In this document: positions 27,685-38,585 of the stretch, in pieces
Position numbering within the stretch: position 1 is the first letter of the stretch
Layout: each line of letters opens with the position of its first letter
From: a bacterium
Lineage (GTDB): Bacteria > Zhuqueibacterota > Zhuqueibacteria > Oceanimicrobiales > Oceanimicrobiaceae
Direction of reading: 5' to 3'
Length of the DNA: 64,000 nucleotides
Assembly (NCBI GenBank): GCA_037446635.1
Contig: JBBIIG010000002.1
Location: 102,002-166,001 of the forward strand
Position numbers and translations under genes: made by a program
Notes under the pieces: generated by a model
Databases searched by the model: none
Seen by the model: only the letters and a program-made list of their open reading frames with translations
What the model was told of the DNA's origin: nothing

Positions 27685-29489
27685 GCAAAAAAATCTACTT
27701 TTAAGCCCAATTCTTTAAGCTGCTCGGCGCTGACCTGCGAGGGCGCGCCATCCATCAATGACAGCGCGCTGTTGGTCTTCGGGAACGCGATCACGTCGCG
27801 GATGGATTTCATGTTGGCGAGCAGCATCACCAGCCGGTCGAACCCAAACGCGATGCCGCCGTGCGGCGGCGCGCCGTATTCAAACGCCTCTAACAGAAAT
27901 CCAAACTTTTCGCGCGCTTCATCCTCCGGAATGTTTAGCAGCGAGAACATTTTTTTCTGCAGCGCCTGCTGATGAATTCGAATGCTGCCGCCGGCGATCT
28001 CGTAGCCGTTGATTACCAGATCATAAGCCTTGGCGCGCGCCGCTTCCGGCTTGGTATCCAGCAAGTGCAGATCTTCGTCCATGGGCGCGGTGAAGGGATG
28101 ATGCCGCGCCACGTAGCGCTTCTCGTTTTCGTCGAATTCCAGCAGCGGAAAATCCACGACCCACAGCAGCGAGAAGGTGTCCGCGGGAATCAAATTTTCT
28201 TCCCGCGCCAATTTCACTCGCAGGTTGCCGGCAAGGGTTAGGGCCTTCTCTCTCTGATCGGCAATCAGCAAAATCAAATCGCCGGCGCCGGCGTTGAAGC
28301 GCTGGTTGATCGCGCGAATGGCGTCGTCCCTAAAAAATTTTGCCACCGAGGATTCCCACCCCGACTCGCTCACTTTGATGCTCACCAATCCCTTCCCGCC
28401 TTCGGTTTGAATGTATTGCGTCAACTCATCGATTCGTTTGCGGGAAAACGTCGCGCCGCCTTTGAGCGCCACCCCGCAAACGATGCCGCCGCTGGCCGCG
28501 GTTTCTTTGAAGACTTTAAATTCAGATTCGCCGGCCAACTCGCTGATGTCCACGATGGTCATCGCGAAGCGGGTGTCGGGTTTATCGGTGCCGTACGTCG
28601 CCACGGCTTGTTCGTAGCTCAGGCGGGGGATGGGCAGCGTGATGGTTCGATTCAAAATTTTTTGGAAGATCTCTGCCATCAGATTTTCCACCATAGTCAG
28701 CACGTCCTCTCGTTCGACAAACGACATTTCCACGTCGATTTGGGTGAACTCCGGCTGGCGGTCGGCGCGCAAATCCTCGTCGCGGAAACAGCGCACGATC
28801 TGGAAATAGCGGTCCATGCCCGCGACCATCAAAATCTGTTTGTACATCTGCGGACTCTGGGGCAGGGCGTAAAACTTGCCCTTGTGAATGCGGCTGGGCA
28901 CCAAAAAATCGCGGGCGCCTTCCGGGGTGCTGCGCATCAACGTCGGGGTTTCAAATTCCAAAAAATTATTGCGGTCAAAAAAAGAGCGCACAACTTGATA
29001 CGTTTTATGACGAAGAATCATGTTCTCGCGCATGGATGAATTGCGCAAATCGAGATAACGGTATTTGAGCCGCAGCTCTTCCGAGACCTCCACGTTGTCA
29101 TCGATGACAAACGGCGTGGTTTTGGCGCGATTCAAAATCTTCAGTTCCTGAACCGCCACTTCGATCTCACCGGTGCTTAAATTGGGATTGACCATCCCTT
29201 CCGGCCGTTTGCGCACCGTTCCTTTCACCGCGATCACAAACTCACCACGCAGCTCCTTTGCCTTCGGATTCGCCTCGCCGCCATCTCCGCCAGAGCGGAT
29301 CGCCTCAGCCGATTGTCCGCCAAAAACAATTTGGGTGATGCCGTAGCGGTCGCGCAAATCGATGAATATCAGTCCGCCGTGATCGCGGCGGCGGTGCACC
29401 CAACCCATGAGGATCACTTCCTGTCCATCGTGTTCGGCCTTCAAATCGCCGCAGGTGTGAGTTCGTTTCCAGCCCTCGAGCTTTTCCAA
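27681..29489 (-). CDS. aspS: Aspartate--tRNA ligase
   Basis: N-terminal OB anticodon-binding domain. Class II motifs (FRDE..., GGGIGIDRL-like GFDRLVMLL) and the GAD insertion. 602 aa. Confidence 0.9.
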   Translation of the reverse strand: MEKLEGWKRTHTCGDLKAEHDGQEVILMGWVHRRRDHGGLIFIDLRDRYGITQIVFGGQSAEAIRSGGDGGEANPKAKELRGEFVIAVKGTVRKRPEGMVNPNLSTGEIEVAVQELKILNRAKTTPFVIDDNVEVSEELRLKYRYLDLRNSSMRENMILRHKTYQVVRSFFDRNNFLEFETPTLMRSTPEGARDFLVPSRIHKGKFYALPQSPQMYKQILMVAGMDRYFQIVRCFRDEDLRADRQPEFTQIDVEMSFVEREDVLTMVENLMAEIFQKILNRTITLPIPRLSYEQAVATYGTDKPDTRFAMTIVDISELAGESEFKVFKETAASGGIVCGVALKGGATFSRKRIDELTQYIQTEGGKGLVSIKVSESGWESSVAKFFRDDAIRAINQRFNAGAGDLILLIADQREKALTLAGNLRVKLAREENLIPADTFSLLWVVDFPLLEFDENEKRYVARHHPFTAPMDEDLHLLDTKPEAARAKAYDLVINGYEIAGGSIRIHQQALQKKMFSLLNIPEDEAREKFGFLLEAFEYGAPPHGGIAFGFDRLVMLLANMKSIRDVIAFPKTNSALSLMDGAPSQVSAEQLKELGLKVDFFA

Positions 29490-29584
29490 AGCTTGCTAAC
29501 CTCCGTAAAAAAGCCTTGGGATAATTTAGAAAAAAAATCGAAAATTCAAACAAATTGTAGGAGTGAGTTTATGAGGAAACCCTG

Positions 29585-29725
29585 TCAGGGTTGAAACTTG
29601 GCATATTCCTTTTCGGAGATGATCTTCTCAATCTCGGGGTTAATGATGTGCACCTCGTCCCAGGTGAGGCCGTAGAGTTGGTAAACCATGAGATCGATTT
29701 GGCTAACCAGCCCTGCAGCCCTACC
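29585..29725 (-). pseudogene. C-terminal remnant of a DNA methyltransferase / type IIG RM enzyme
   Basis: Terminal block QIDLMVYQLYGLTWDEVHIINPEIEK resembles the conserved C-terminal motif of N6-adenine MTase / type IIG RM enzymes (D.LVYELYGLTEEEI.II). No catalytic domain lies upstream, only hairpin-rich noncoding DNA. Confidence 0.4.
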
Positions 29726-29939
29726 CACGCTGTCGTTGCCTGCCTGTGGCAGACAGGCGAAACTCGCGCTTTTCCAGCCTGCCTGCGCAGGCAGGCGAGT
29801 CGAAGCAATCTCGTGGCTCCGCGCATTAATTATGGGACTGCTTCGCCCCAAACAACGCGGGACTCGCAGTGAACATTCATTTGGGCATTCTCCCTTTAAT
29901 AGATGCGGCATCGAAATCAATGTCGGGTTAGAACTTCGA

Positions 29940-30179
29940 GATCAGCTTATACCTAAAGAGTTCGCGCTTTCAAAAAATTTTCCCAATCCATTTAACCCTT
30001 CCACCCAAATTAATTTTGAAATTCCAAAAACTGCGCACGGGGTGATAAAAATTTATGACTTATTAGGTCGTGAAGTAAAGACTTTGGTCAACGAAATCAA
30101 AACTCAAAGTCGATATGAGATTGTTTGGAATGGAGACAATGCTTCAGGTGTGCCCGTGGCATCCGTCCTTTATATATAG
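29940..30179 (+). pseudogene. Orphan T9SS C-terminal sorting domain (Por_Secre_tail) fragment with no cargo domain
   Basis: FALSKNFPNPFNPSTQINFEIPKTAHGVIKIYDLLGREVKTLVNE..YEIVWNGDNASGVPVASVLYI matches the T9SS sorting-domain consensus. The preceding 90 codons of the ORF are low-complexity non-protein-like sequence. Confidence 0.55.
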
Positions 30180-30244
30180 CGCAAGCCGGAGATTTTGTCA
30201 GCTACTCATAAAATGTTAATGATCAAATAGAATGAAACGCAATT

Positions 30245-31630
30245 TTAAAAAACCTCAAAATTCTTGTCCGAAAACTTCACAGATGGGTACTTTGTCAACT
30301 GCGTTTTGAAAATTTCAATTATCTCCTGCAAACGCGCTTTGGTTTTGGCCTCGAAGCGCAGCACCAGCACCGGCTGCGTGTTGGAAGCGCGCACCAATCC
30401 CCAGCCATCGCCCATCAAAACCCGCGCGCCATCGATGTCGATGGTTTCATACTTTGATTTGAAATAATTGGCGAGATCTGCCACGATTCTAAACTTATCT
30501 TCATCGGTCGCCTCCACGCGAATTTCCGGCGTGGCTTCAAAGTACGGAATTTCATCCGCAATTTCCGAGAGCTTCTTTTTTGATTTCGACATCAACTGCA
30601 TCAGCCGCCCGGAGACGTAAATGCCGTCGTCGAAACCGAGGTAGCCGTCGGTGTAAAAAATGTGGCCGGACATTTCGCCGGCCAGCGGCGCATGCAGCTC
30701 TTTCATTTTCGCCTTCAGCAACGAATGGCCGGTTTTCCACATGATGGGCTGGCCGCCGTGTTTCGCGATCTCTTCCGGCAGCGCCTGTGAGCATTTGACA
30801 TCGAAGACGATCTGCGCGCCTTGGTTGCGCTCCAAAACTTCGCGGCTCAAAATCGCCATCAGGCGGTCGGCGAAGATGATGCGGCCCTTGTCGTCGATTA
30901 CACCCACGCGGTCGCTGTCGCCGTCGTAGCCGATGCCAACGTCCGCGCCCACTTCCAAAACCTTCTTCTGCAAATCAACCACGTATTTCGGCACGGTGGG
31001 ATCGGGCAGATGGTTGGGGAAGCGGCCGTCGGGATCGCAATAAAGACAAGTGACCTCACAACCCATGTCTTGCCAGATTTTGGGGACGATGAGTCCGGCC
31101 ACGCCGTTGCCGGCATCGACAACGATTTTCAGCTTCTTCTCAAATTTCAGCCGCGACTGCACCGCGTGAACGTAATCTTGCATCGTGTCTTTGAGCGTCA
31201 CTTCACCGCTGCCTTTGGCGAAATCCTGTTGTTCGATAATTCTGCGAATTTCCTGAATCTGCTCGCCGTAAACCGGCGCCACCGCTTTTTTGGAAATTTT
31301 CAGCCCGTTGTATTCAATGGGATTGTGGCTGCCGGTGATCATCACGCCGCCGTCGGCGTTCAAATGCAGGATGGCGAAATACTGCGCCGGCGTGAGGGTG
31401 ACGCCAAGGTCGATCACGTTGACGCCGGTGGAAACCAATCCTTTCACGAGGGCATTGCGGATGCGTTCGGAGGAGAGGCGGACGTCGCGGCCAATCACCA
31501 GCGTTTTGGCGCCCCCGCGCGTCAAAAACGTGCCGATGCCCTGGCCCAGCAGCACGACGTTTTCATCCACCAGATCTTTATCCGCAATGCCGCGAATGTC
31601 ATACTCGCGAAAGATGTTGGGTTTCACCAT
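30245..31630 (-). CDS. Phosphoglucomutase/phosphomannomutase (alpha-D-phosphohexomutase family)
   Basis: Active-site TGSHNP, metal-binding DGDSDR and the four-domain architecture. 461 aa. Confidence 0.85.
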   Translation of the reverse strand: MVKPNIFREYDIRGIADKDLVDENVVLLGQGIGTFLTRGGAKTLVIGRDVRLSSERIRNALVKGLVSTGVNVIDLGVTLTPAQYFAILHLNADGGVMITGSHNPIEYNGLKISKKAVAPVYGEQIQEIRRIIEQQDFAKGSGEVTLKDTMQDYVHAVQSRLKFEKKLKIVVDAGNGVAGLIVPKIWQDMGCEVTCLYCDPDGRFPNHLPDPTVPKYVVDLQKKVLEVGADVGIGYDGDSDRVGVIDDKGRIIFADRLMAILSREVLERNQGAQIVFDVKCSQALPEEIAKHGGQPIMWKTGHSLLKAKMKELHAPLAGEMSGHIFYTDGYLGFDDGIYVSGRLMQLMSKSKKKLSEIADEIPYFEATPEIRVEATDEDKFRIVADLANYFKSKYETIDIDGARVLMGDGWGLVRASNTQPVLVLRFEAKTKARLQEIIEIFKTQLTKYPSVKFSDKNFEVF

Positions 31631-31685
31631 GAAAGCCTCCTGTTAGCATTCCGTAGGGGCGGATTGCTATACGCCCCACGGTTGA

Positions 31686-32597
31686 TTATTTCCGGCCCGT
31701 TACCACGCGTTCGATGTCATTCAAATCTGCCGCCGCCTGAATTTGCGAAAGCCCGCTTTTCGCAAAAATTTCTGCAACGGCTTGCGCTTGCCCCATTCCC
31801 ACTTCGACGGCTACGAACCCGCCATGATTCAAAATCATAGGCGCGGTCGCCGCAATTTGCCGATAAAAATTCAGACCGTCGGCGCCATCTTTTAGGGCAG
31901 CGCGCGGCTCAAAATCTCGGACTTCCGGCGGCAAATTCGGATAGTCGGCGTCGGAGATGTACGGCGGATTCGAGACGATAACATCGAACGTGTTCTGAAA
32001 TTCATGCAACCAATTATTTGTCGGATACCGATCCGCTTCGCGGAAGAAGAAGTCAAGCTTGCGGAATTCGATTTGCTCGGAAACCTCATTCAAACGCGCG
32101 TTTTCGGCGGCGGTCGTTACGGCTGCCTCCGAAACATCGATGGCAGTAAAACGCGCGTTCGGCAAATGTTTCGCCAGCGAAATTGCAATACACCCGGAGC
32201 CGGTGCCAATATCCAAAATATTAATTTTTTCTGCCGGGCTATTTTTCTCGCGGCATTTTTGCAAAACCGTTTCCACCAAAATTTCCGTTTCCGGGCGCGG
32301 AATCAAAACGTTGGGGGTAACTCGAAAACGCAGCGAGAAAAATTCTGTTTCGCCCAAAATGTATTGCAGCGGCTCGTGCTGCAAGCGCCGTTTTAGAAAT
32401 CCCTTAAATCGAGCGAGTTCATCATCTGCCAACGGGCGTTCGTAATTCAAGTACAAATCCACGCGCTTCAAATTCAAAGTATGCCCCAGCAAACGTTCGG
32501 CGTTCAAGCGGGAATTCTCGAACCCTTTTTCGCTCAGGTACTCGGAACTCCAATTGAGCAATTCGAGGACGTTCCAGGTTTTGGTGGATTTGGACAT
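31686..32597 (-). CDS. prmC: Release factor glutamine N5-methyltransferase PrmC (HemK)
   Basis: SAM motif DIGTGSGCIA and NPPY catalytic motif. Follows prfA in the operon. Confidence 0.85.
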   Translation of the reverse strand: MSKSTKTWNVLELLNWSSEYLSEKGFENSRLNAERLLGHTLNLKRVDLYLNYERPLADDELARFKGFLKRRLQHEPLQYILGETEFFSLRFRVTPNVLIPRPETEILVETVLQKCREKNSPAEKINILDIGTGSGCIAISLAKHLPNARFTAIDVSEAAVTTAAENARLNEVSEQIEFRKLDFFFREADRYPTNNWLHEFQNTFDVIVSNPPYISDADYPNLPPEVRDFEPRAALKDGADGLNFYRQIAATAPMILNHGGFVAVEVGMGQAQAVAEIFAKSGLSQIQAAADLNDIERVVTGRK

Positions 32598-32598
32598 A

Positions 32599-32901
32599 TT
32601 ATTTTAACTTGATTCTATCTTTCCAGTAACCAGGCCTTCGATGAAGATGCATTACGGCAACCAGGTGTATTGCTTTGTGATGATTTTCATACAGAAGGCC
32701 GAAAGGGAAATTCCGTAGGAGATAGCGTCTAACCCCATCAGAGAATTTCGGCCAGGTGAGAGGAGATTCAGCTATTTTTTCTTTACCTCTATTTACTTCA
32801 TCCAGAAACCTGTCACCAAGTCCATGAGCTTTCGAATTATAATAAAAAGCGGAGACTCGCATTTCTTCAAGTGCTTCGGGATGAAAGATAACAGGCTTCA
32901 T
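32599..32901 (-). CDS. RelE/ParE-family type II toxin
   Basis: 100 aa with ParE/RelE-like conserved C-terminus (RRYLLRNFPFGLLYENHHKAIHLVAVMHLHRRPGYW). Overlaps the upstream antitoxin by 4 bp. Confidence 0.8.
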   Translation of the reverse strand: MKPVIFHPEALEEMRVSAFYYNSKAHGLGDRFLDEVNRGKEKIAESPLTWPKFSDGVRRYLLRNFPFGLLYENHHKAIHLVAVMHLHRRPGYWKDRIKLK

Positions 32902-33128
32902 TTAAGTGATTCCCGAACCATACGAATCGCGTCCTCCGCCAATATACCTTTCACTCGGCCTTCTTTGAGTTCATTCGATCTTCTTTTTGCCTCTTGCGCC
33001 CAAGAGGCTTCAATTTCCGAAACCTCCTCCTCATCCAAACTCAAAATCAGTTTGTGAGCGATCTTCGCACGAGCCTCGACCGGCAAGGCCAGTAGTTCGT
33101 CCGAAATTTCTTCAATCGATTCAGTCAT
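32898..33128 (-). CDS. Addiction-module antitoxin (putative addiction module component family)
   Basis: 76-aa acidic protein (LLALPVEARAKIAHKLILSL...ASWAQEAKRR). GAGGTGAA RBS. A palindrome ATGCCATTTTTAGGCAT at 33150-33166 lies in its promoter region. Confidence 0.7.
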   Translation of the reverse strand: MTESIEEISDELLALPVEARAKIAHKLILSLDEEEVSEIEASWAQEAKRRSNELKEGRVKGILAEDAIRMVRESLK

Positions 33129-33179
33129 GGTTCACCTCAACTTTTGTTATGTATATGCCATTTTTAGGCATTAAATAAA

Positions 33180-34247
33180 TCATCCCGCCTTCTTCAACAT
33201 CTCCGCCTGATCCGCCAAACGCAGTTGCTCGATCACCTCGTCGAGATCGCCGTCGATGATATCGTCGAGGCGGTAGAGGGTCAACCCGATGCGATGATCC
33301 GTGAGGCGGCCTTGCGGGAAGTTGTAAGTGCGAATCTTGGCGCTGCGATCGCCGGTGCTGATCATCGAGCGCCGGCTGGCGGCCAATTTTTCCTGCTCCT
33401 CGCGCTGTTTTTTTTCCAGCAGCCGCGACTTCAAAACTTTGATGGCTTTGTTTTTGTTTTTGAGCTGCGATTTTTCATCCTGGCAGGTCACCACCATGCC
33501 AGTGGGCAAATGCGTAACACGCACGGCCGAGTCCGTGGTGTTGACGCTCTGGCCGCCGGGGCCGGAGGAACGAAAGACGTCGATTTTCAAATCGTTGGGG
33601 TCGATTTCGATTTCAATTTCTTCGGCCTCCGGCAGCACCGCCACCGAGGCCGCTGAAGTGTGAATGCGGCCGCTGGCTTCGGTTTTGGGCACGCGCTGCA
33701 CGCGATGAACGCCGCTTTCGTATTTCATAATGCCGTAGGCGTTGTCGCCCACCAGCATAAAAATGATTTCTTTGAATCCGCCCACGCCCTGCGGGCTCAT
33801 GCTAAGCAGCTCGACCTTCCAGCCTTTTTTTTCAGCGTAGTGAAGGTACATGCGGTAAAGATCGCCAGCAAAGAGTCCGGCTTCGTCGCCGCCGGTGCCG
33901 GCGCGAATTTCGACGATGGCGTTTTTGGCGTCGTTGGGGTCTTTCGGCAAAATCAAATACTTCAGTTCGTCTTCCAGGGCCGACTTTTTTTCGCGCAATT
34001 CTTCCAGCTCAGCCTGCGCCAACTCGCGCAGCTCTTTGTCGCTCTCGTCGCGCAAAACGGCTTCGTCATCTGCCATTCTTTTTAACAGCGATTTGTATTC
34101 GCGGTATTTCTCAATTGTTTTCTCAAGGCTGCTTTTCTCTTTAGAAATGCTTCGAATTTTTGAGGGATCCTGCATGAACGCGGGATCCATCATCAAAGAA
34201 TTGAGCTCTTCGTAGCGCGCGGATATTTTTTCCAACTTATCTAACAT
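33180..34247 (-). CDS. prfA: Peptide chain release factor 1
   Basis: GGQ motif ([11 protein letters not shown]) and PxT-region. GGAG RBS before MLDKLEK; the ORF-track start is 8 codons upstream. Confidence 0.9.
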   Translation of the reverse strand: MLDKLEKISARYEELNSLMMDPAFMQDPSKIRSISKEKSSLEKTIEKYREYKSLLKRMADDEAVLRDESDKELRELAQAELEELREKKSALEDELKYLILPKDPNDAKNAIVEIRAGTGGDEAGLFAGDLYRMYLHYAEKKGWKVELLSMSPQGVGGFKEIIFMLVGDNAYGIMKYESGVHRVQRVPKTEASGRIHTSAASVAVLPEAEEIEIEIDPNDLKIDVFRSSGPGGQSVNTTDSAVRVTHLPTGMVVTCQDEKSQLKNKNKAIKVLKSRLLEKKQREEQEKLAASRRSMISTGDRSAKIRTYNFPQGRLTDHRIGLTLYRLDDIIDGDLDEVIEQLRLADQAEMLKKAG

Positions 34248-34270
34248 CCAATACTCCGAGAAAACATGCA

Positions 34271-35242
34271 TTACAAACGTTGATACTGCATCGCATCCTG
34301 ATTTTCAAAAACGACGTCAGCGTGGCCGGAAACGTCCATTTTCAGGGCGCATTTCAGGGCGACGATCGCGACTTCCAATTGGCTCTCGTCCGGTTCTTTG
34401 GTGGTTAAACGCTGCAGCCACAGGCCCGGCGCGATGAACGGCTTCCAGAAATGAATGCGCGAGCCGGCGTCGGAGAGGCGGATGAGTTCATAAGAAATGC
34501 CGCCGATGAGGGGGATGAACGCCAGCCGCAGCAAGCGATCGCCGACGTCGGCTGGTTTACCCAAAAACATAAACACAAAGATGCTGACGATCATAACAAT
34601 CAACAAAAAGCTGGTGCCGCAGCGGGGGTGAAAGCGGGTGAAGCTGCGGGCGACCGTTGGCGTCAATTGTTTTTTGTTCTCGAATGCAAAAATACTTTTG
34701 TGCTCGGCGCCGTGATATTCAAAAATGCGGCGAATGTCCTTCATTAAAGTAATGGCAAATAAATACAAAAGAAAAATCGCCAGCCGCAAAACGCCATCCA
34801 CTAAATTGAAGATGACGCCGGATCTCGCGCCTAAAAGTTCGGTCAGCAGCAGGGGCACATAAAAGAAGATGAACAAACCAACCGCAAATGAAAAAATCAC
34901 AGTGGCGCCGAACCATAATTTCGACCACAGATTTTTTTCTGCCGAGGGCTGGGAATTCGCGGCATTCTCCGGGTCTTTGCTCCTTTCGTCTTCCATCATC
35001 ACGTCGCCGGAAAAAGACAGCGCCGTGATTCCCAAAACCAGCGATTCAATCAAAACCACGGCGCCGCGCAGCAGCGGAAGCGAAAGCGGGCGAAAGCGTT
35101 TCACAAAGGACACGAACGGTTTTCGGCGAACGAATATGCTGCCGTCCTGCCTTCGCACCGCCACGGCGTAGGTATCGTGGGAGCGCATCAGCACGCCTTC
35201 GATGACCGCTTGCCCGCCAACTTGTATCGTGGATTTCGACAT
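34271..35242 (-). CDS. DUF1385-family membrane protein (YqhQ-like)
   Basis: HGAEHK block and TM helices typical of DUF1385. Conserved position between rpmE and prfA. Confidence 0.75.
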   Translation of the reverse strand: MSKSTIQVGGQAVIEGVLMRSHDTYAVAVRRQDGSIFVRRKPFVSFVKRFRPLSLPLLRGAVVLIESLVLGITALSFSGDVMMEDERSKDPENAANSQPSAEKNLWSKLWFGATVIFSFAVGLFIFFYVPLLLTELLGARSGVIFNLVDGVLRLAIFLLYLFAITLMKDIRRIFEYHGAEHKSIFAFENKKQLTPTVARSFTRFHPRCGTSFLLIVMIVSIFVFMFLGKPADVGDRLLRLAFIPLIGGISYELIRLSDAGSRIHFWKPFIAPGLWLQRLTTKEPDESQLEVAIVALKCALKMDVSGHADVVFENQDAMQYQRL

Positions 35243-35319
35243 GTTGAATGCTCATAAAAAAACGGAATGTATCCCGCCCCCAGCGGAACGCATCCCGTTT
35301 CTAAATTGTCAAAGCTCAG

Positions 35320-35553
35320 TTAAGCGTTTTCGGCGGCGGCCGTTTCTTGGGTTTTCTTTTTGCCGTACTTGAGATTGAATTTCTCCACTCGTCCGGCGGA
35401 GTCCACCAATTTTTGCTTGCCGGTGAAAAATGGGTGGCAGTTGGAGCAGATTTCCACTCGCAGATCGCCCACGGTGGAACGCACTTGAAAAGTGTTGCCG
35501 CACGCGCAAGTTACGGTTCCAACTTTGTATTGGGGATGAATCTTTTGTTTCAC
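35320..35553 (-). CDS. rpmE: 50S ribosomal protein L31 (GTG start)
   Basis: [11 protein letters not shown]-terminus and CxxC...C zinc ribbon (CACGN...CSNCHPF). AAGGGAG RBS 5 nt before GTG. The ORF-track ATG start is 11 codons upstream with no RBS. Confidence 0.85.
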   Translation of the reverse strand: MKQKIHPQYKVGTVTCACGNTFQVRSTVGDLRVEICSNCHPFFTGKQKLVDSAGRVEKFNLKYGKKKTQETAAAENA

Positions 35554-35657
35554 GAAAGCTCCCTTCTGGATTTTAGCTTCCAACATTAAAAAATAACGCG
35601 CTAAATATAGCCAAACGTCGAGTTAAATGCAAGGGAATTTCTCCGACCCTGTCCAGC

Positions 35658-36905
35658 TCAGGCGTTCATGGATTCCAGAAAATCGCGGTTGTTTTTGCTG
35701 CCGCGCATGCGTTCCAAAAGAAATTCCATGGCTTCAACCGGATTCAACTCAGCGAGGAATTTGCGCAAAATCCACACGCGATTCAGCTCGAATTCGTCCA
35801 ATAACAATTCTTCTTTGCGGGTGCCGGATTTGTTGACGTCGATGGCGGGGAAAATGCGGCGGTCGGAGAGCCGGCGATCGAGCTGCAATTCCATGTTGCC
35901 GGTGCCTTTGAATTCTTCGAAGATGACTTCATCCATGCGGCTGCCGGTGTCGATGAGCGCGGTGGCGATGATGGTGAGGCTGCCGCCTTCTTCGATGTTG
36001 CGGGCGGAGCCGAAGAAGCGCTTGGGGCGCTCGAGGGCGGTGGCGTCCAAACCGCCGGAGAGGATTTTGCCGCTGTGCGGGACCACGGCGTTGTGGGCAC
36101 GCGCCAGGCGGGTGATGCTGTCCAATAGAATTACCACGTCCTGGCCGTATTCCACCAAGCGCTTGGCTTTTTCCAAAACCATGTCGGCCACCTGCACATG
36201 GCGATCGGGCGGCTCGTCAAAAGTGGAGCTGATGACCTCCGCCTTCACCGAGCGCTCCATGTCGGTCACTTCTTCGGGGCGCTCGTCGATGAGCAGAACG
36301 ATCATTTTAATTTCCGGATGATTCTGTGTGATGGCGTTGGCAATTTTTTGCAGCAGAATGGTCTTGCCGGTTTTAGGTTGAGCGACGATTAAACCGCGCT
36401 GGCCTTTGCCAATGGGAGTGAGCAAATTCATGACGCGGGTGGAATAATCTTTACTGTTGTGTTCGAGATTGACTTTTTTGTTGGGATAAAGGGGCGTGAG
36501 GTTGTCGAAAAGAATTTTCTTCTTGGCTTCTTCGGGATTCTCAAAGTTGACGGCCTCAACTTTCAGCAGGGCGAAGAAGCGCTCGCCTTCCTTGGGCGGT
36601 CGGATTTGCCCGGAGACGGTGTCGCCGGTTCGCAGGCCGAATCTTTTAATTTGCGACGGCGAAACGTAAATATCGTCCGGGCCGGGCAGGTAGTTGTAAT
36701 CCGTCGAACGCAAAAAGCCGTAGCCGTCCGGCAGCACTTCCAAAACGCCCTCGGCGAATATCAAGCCCTCCTGTTTGGTCTGTTCTTCGAGAATGCGGAA
36801 AATCAGCTCCTGCTTTCTCAGACCGGTGGCGCCCGGTACGTTCAGCTCCTGCGCCATTTTGGTGAGCTCAGAAATTTTTTTGTTTTTGAGTTCTACGATC
36901 TCCAT
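35658..36905 (-). CDS. rho: Transcription termination factor Rho
   Basis: N-terminal RNA-binding domain ([14 protein letters not shown]), Walker [13 protein letters not shown] and RecA-like ATPase core. 415 aa. A long AT-rich leader lies upstream. Confidence 0.9.
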   Translation of the reverse strand: MEIVELKNKKISELTKMAQELNVPGATGLRKQELIFRILEEQTKQEGLIFAEGVLEVLPDGYGFLRSTDYNYLPGPDDIYVSPSQIKRFGLRTGDTVSGQIRPPKEGERFFALLKVEAVNFENPEEAKKKILFDNLTPLYPNKKVNLEHNSKDYSTRVMNLLTPIGKGQRGLIVAQPKTGKTILLQKIANAITQNHPEIKMIVLLIDERPEEVTDMERSVKAEVISSTFDEPPDRHVQVADMVLEKAKRLVEYGQDVVILLDSITRLARAHNAVVPHSGKILSGGLDATALERPKRFFGSARNIEEGGSLTIIATALIDTGSRMDEVIFEEFKGTGNMELQLDRRLSDRRIFPAIDVNKSGTRKEELLLDEFELNRVWILRKFLAELNPVEAMEFLLERMRGSKNNRDFLESMNA

Positions 36906-37259
36906 GTGAATTCCTCGAATTTAAATTTAAAATTTAAGTTGTATTTATAACACTGCAAGTAGTCTTCAGTGAAGGAAATGCCAAAAAGTGACCAAATTCG
37001 CGGGAGGACAAGGCAAGCCCAAATCTTCCCAAAATTGATAGTGGATCGAACTAAAAAAATGCTTAGGAGAAAATTGATGCTTAAAGGTTATGCTTATACT
37101 TCGTGATCTGAATTGAAAATTTAATCAAAATCTATTCAAGAACTCTGTGGGCCACATCGACAAGATTATGTTTAAACGAAATTGGGGATTAATTGCTGGG
37201 ATCTCAAATTGGCCGGCTATAAAATAACGGAGGCAATTTATAAAAATATAGTTTCTTTG

Positions 37260-38531
37260 TCAAGCTTTTTTATAAAATTTTAGAAAATCGCCAACCAGAT
37301 AGTGCGAGCCGGTCACACAAATCAAATCCGTTTCTCGGGCCACATGCGTTGCCTTCTCAAACGCGCGCTCAACTTTTGTAAAAACTGCCCAGCGGCTGGT
37401 GTAACGGGCAAGCGCGCGCGCAAATTCTTCGGCGGGCAGCGCTCGCTCCGAGCTGGGTGTCACCACCGCGATGAAATCCGCGTGCTTCGCAATCAGCTTG
37501 GAGATGGCTTGGTAATCTTTGTCCCGCAATAAACCGATGACCAAAATTAAGCGATCGTTTTCATACTGCTGCAACGAACGCAGCAGCGCTCTTATTCCCG
37601 CCGGATTGTGCGCCACATCGATAATAACTTTGGGCGAATCTTGCAGCTTTTGCAAGCGCGCCGGCCACGCAACGGCCTGCAAGCCGCGGTGGAGGGCTTG
37701 TTCCTCTAAAAAAATATTTTGCGTTCGCAGTACTTCCGCGGCGCTTACCGCCAGCGCAGCGTTTTTTATTTGATGATCGCCAGTGAGCGACAGTTTCAAA
37801 TTATTGAAGCGCCGGCCCGCAAAAATCAAATCAAACTCGCTGTCGGTTTCTGAGGAGCGGAGGTTTCGGATTTGGCAAATTTCTTTCGTAACATAAAACG
37901 GCGCCGACTGATTAGCACACGCCGCGCGCAGCACCTCATTGACCTTTTTTTTGTTGGAGCCGGAAAGACAGGGAACAGCAGCTTTGATGATGCCCGCTTT
38001 TTCTTTGGTGATCTGCGCAATCGTACGCCCTAAATGATCGGTATGATCGAGATCGATTTCGGTGATGAGACTCACTTGCGGAACGATGACATTGGTGGCG
38101 TCGAATCGCCCACCCAATCCCACCTCGATGAAAGCGAGATCCACTTGCTCGTCGGCGAAATATTGAAACGCGATGGCGGTCAGCGCTTCGAAGTAGGTGC
38201 AATTGATGCGCTGCATTCGTTCGCGATTTCGCTCGAGGTAGTGGGCTAATAAGGTTTTCGGGATATCGGCTCCATTCACTTTGATGCGCTCGGTGACCTC
38301 CACTAAATGCGGCGAGGTATAGAGCCCGGTCTTAAACCCTCCGGCGCGAAACATGGATTCCAACATGGCGGCGGTGGAGCCTTTGCCATTGGTGCCCGCA
38401 ATGTGCACGCTTTTGAATTCCAGATATGGGTTGCCCATCTGCTGCAACAACCCAGTGATCGCGTCCAGACCCAATCGCCAGCCAAACTGTAGCAGGCTAT
38501 TCAAGAATTGGAATGTATCATAATTGGACAT
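37260..38531 (-). CDS. folC: Bifunctional folylpolyglutamate synthase / dihydrofolate synthase
   Basis: P-loop GTNGKGST and Mur-ligase-family middle and C-terminal domains. 423 aa. Confidence 0.85.
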   Translation of the reverse strand: MSNYDTFQFLNSLLQFGWRLGLDAITGLLQQMGNPYLEFKSVHIAGTNGKGSTAAMLESMFRAGGFKTGLYTSPHLVEVTERIKVNGADIPKTLLAHYLERNRERMQRINCTYFEALTAIAFQYFADEQVDLAFIEVGLGGRFDATNVIVPQVSLITEIDLDHTDHLGRTIAQITKEKAGIIKAAVPCLSGSNKKKVNEVLRAACANQSAPFYVTKEICQIRNLRSSETDSEFDLIFAGRRFNNLKLSLTGDHQIKNAALAVSAAEVLRTQNIFLEEQALHRGLQAVAWPARLQKLQDSPKVIIDVAHNPAGIRALLRSLQQYENDRLILVIGLLRDKDYQAISKLIAKHADFIAVVTPSSERALPAEEFARALARYTSRWAVFTKVERAFEKATHVARETDLICVTGSHYLVGDFLKFYKKA

Positions 38532-38548
38532 ATTGGATACAATTACTA

Positions 38549-38585
38549 TGCAAATTCTTACCTAAAATTTAGGTAAGAATTTGCA
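38549..38585. promoter_or_regulatory. Perfect 18-bp-arm inverted repeat (TGCAAATTCTTACCTAAA-A-TTTAGGTAAGAATTTGCA) 18 bp upstream of the folC start, in the folC / TonB-receptor divergent region
   Basis: Palindrome read directly in the sequence. Candidate operator or 5'UTR hairpin. Confidence 0.35.
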
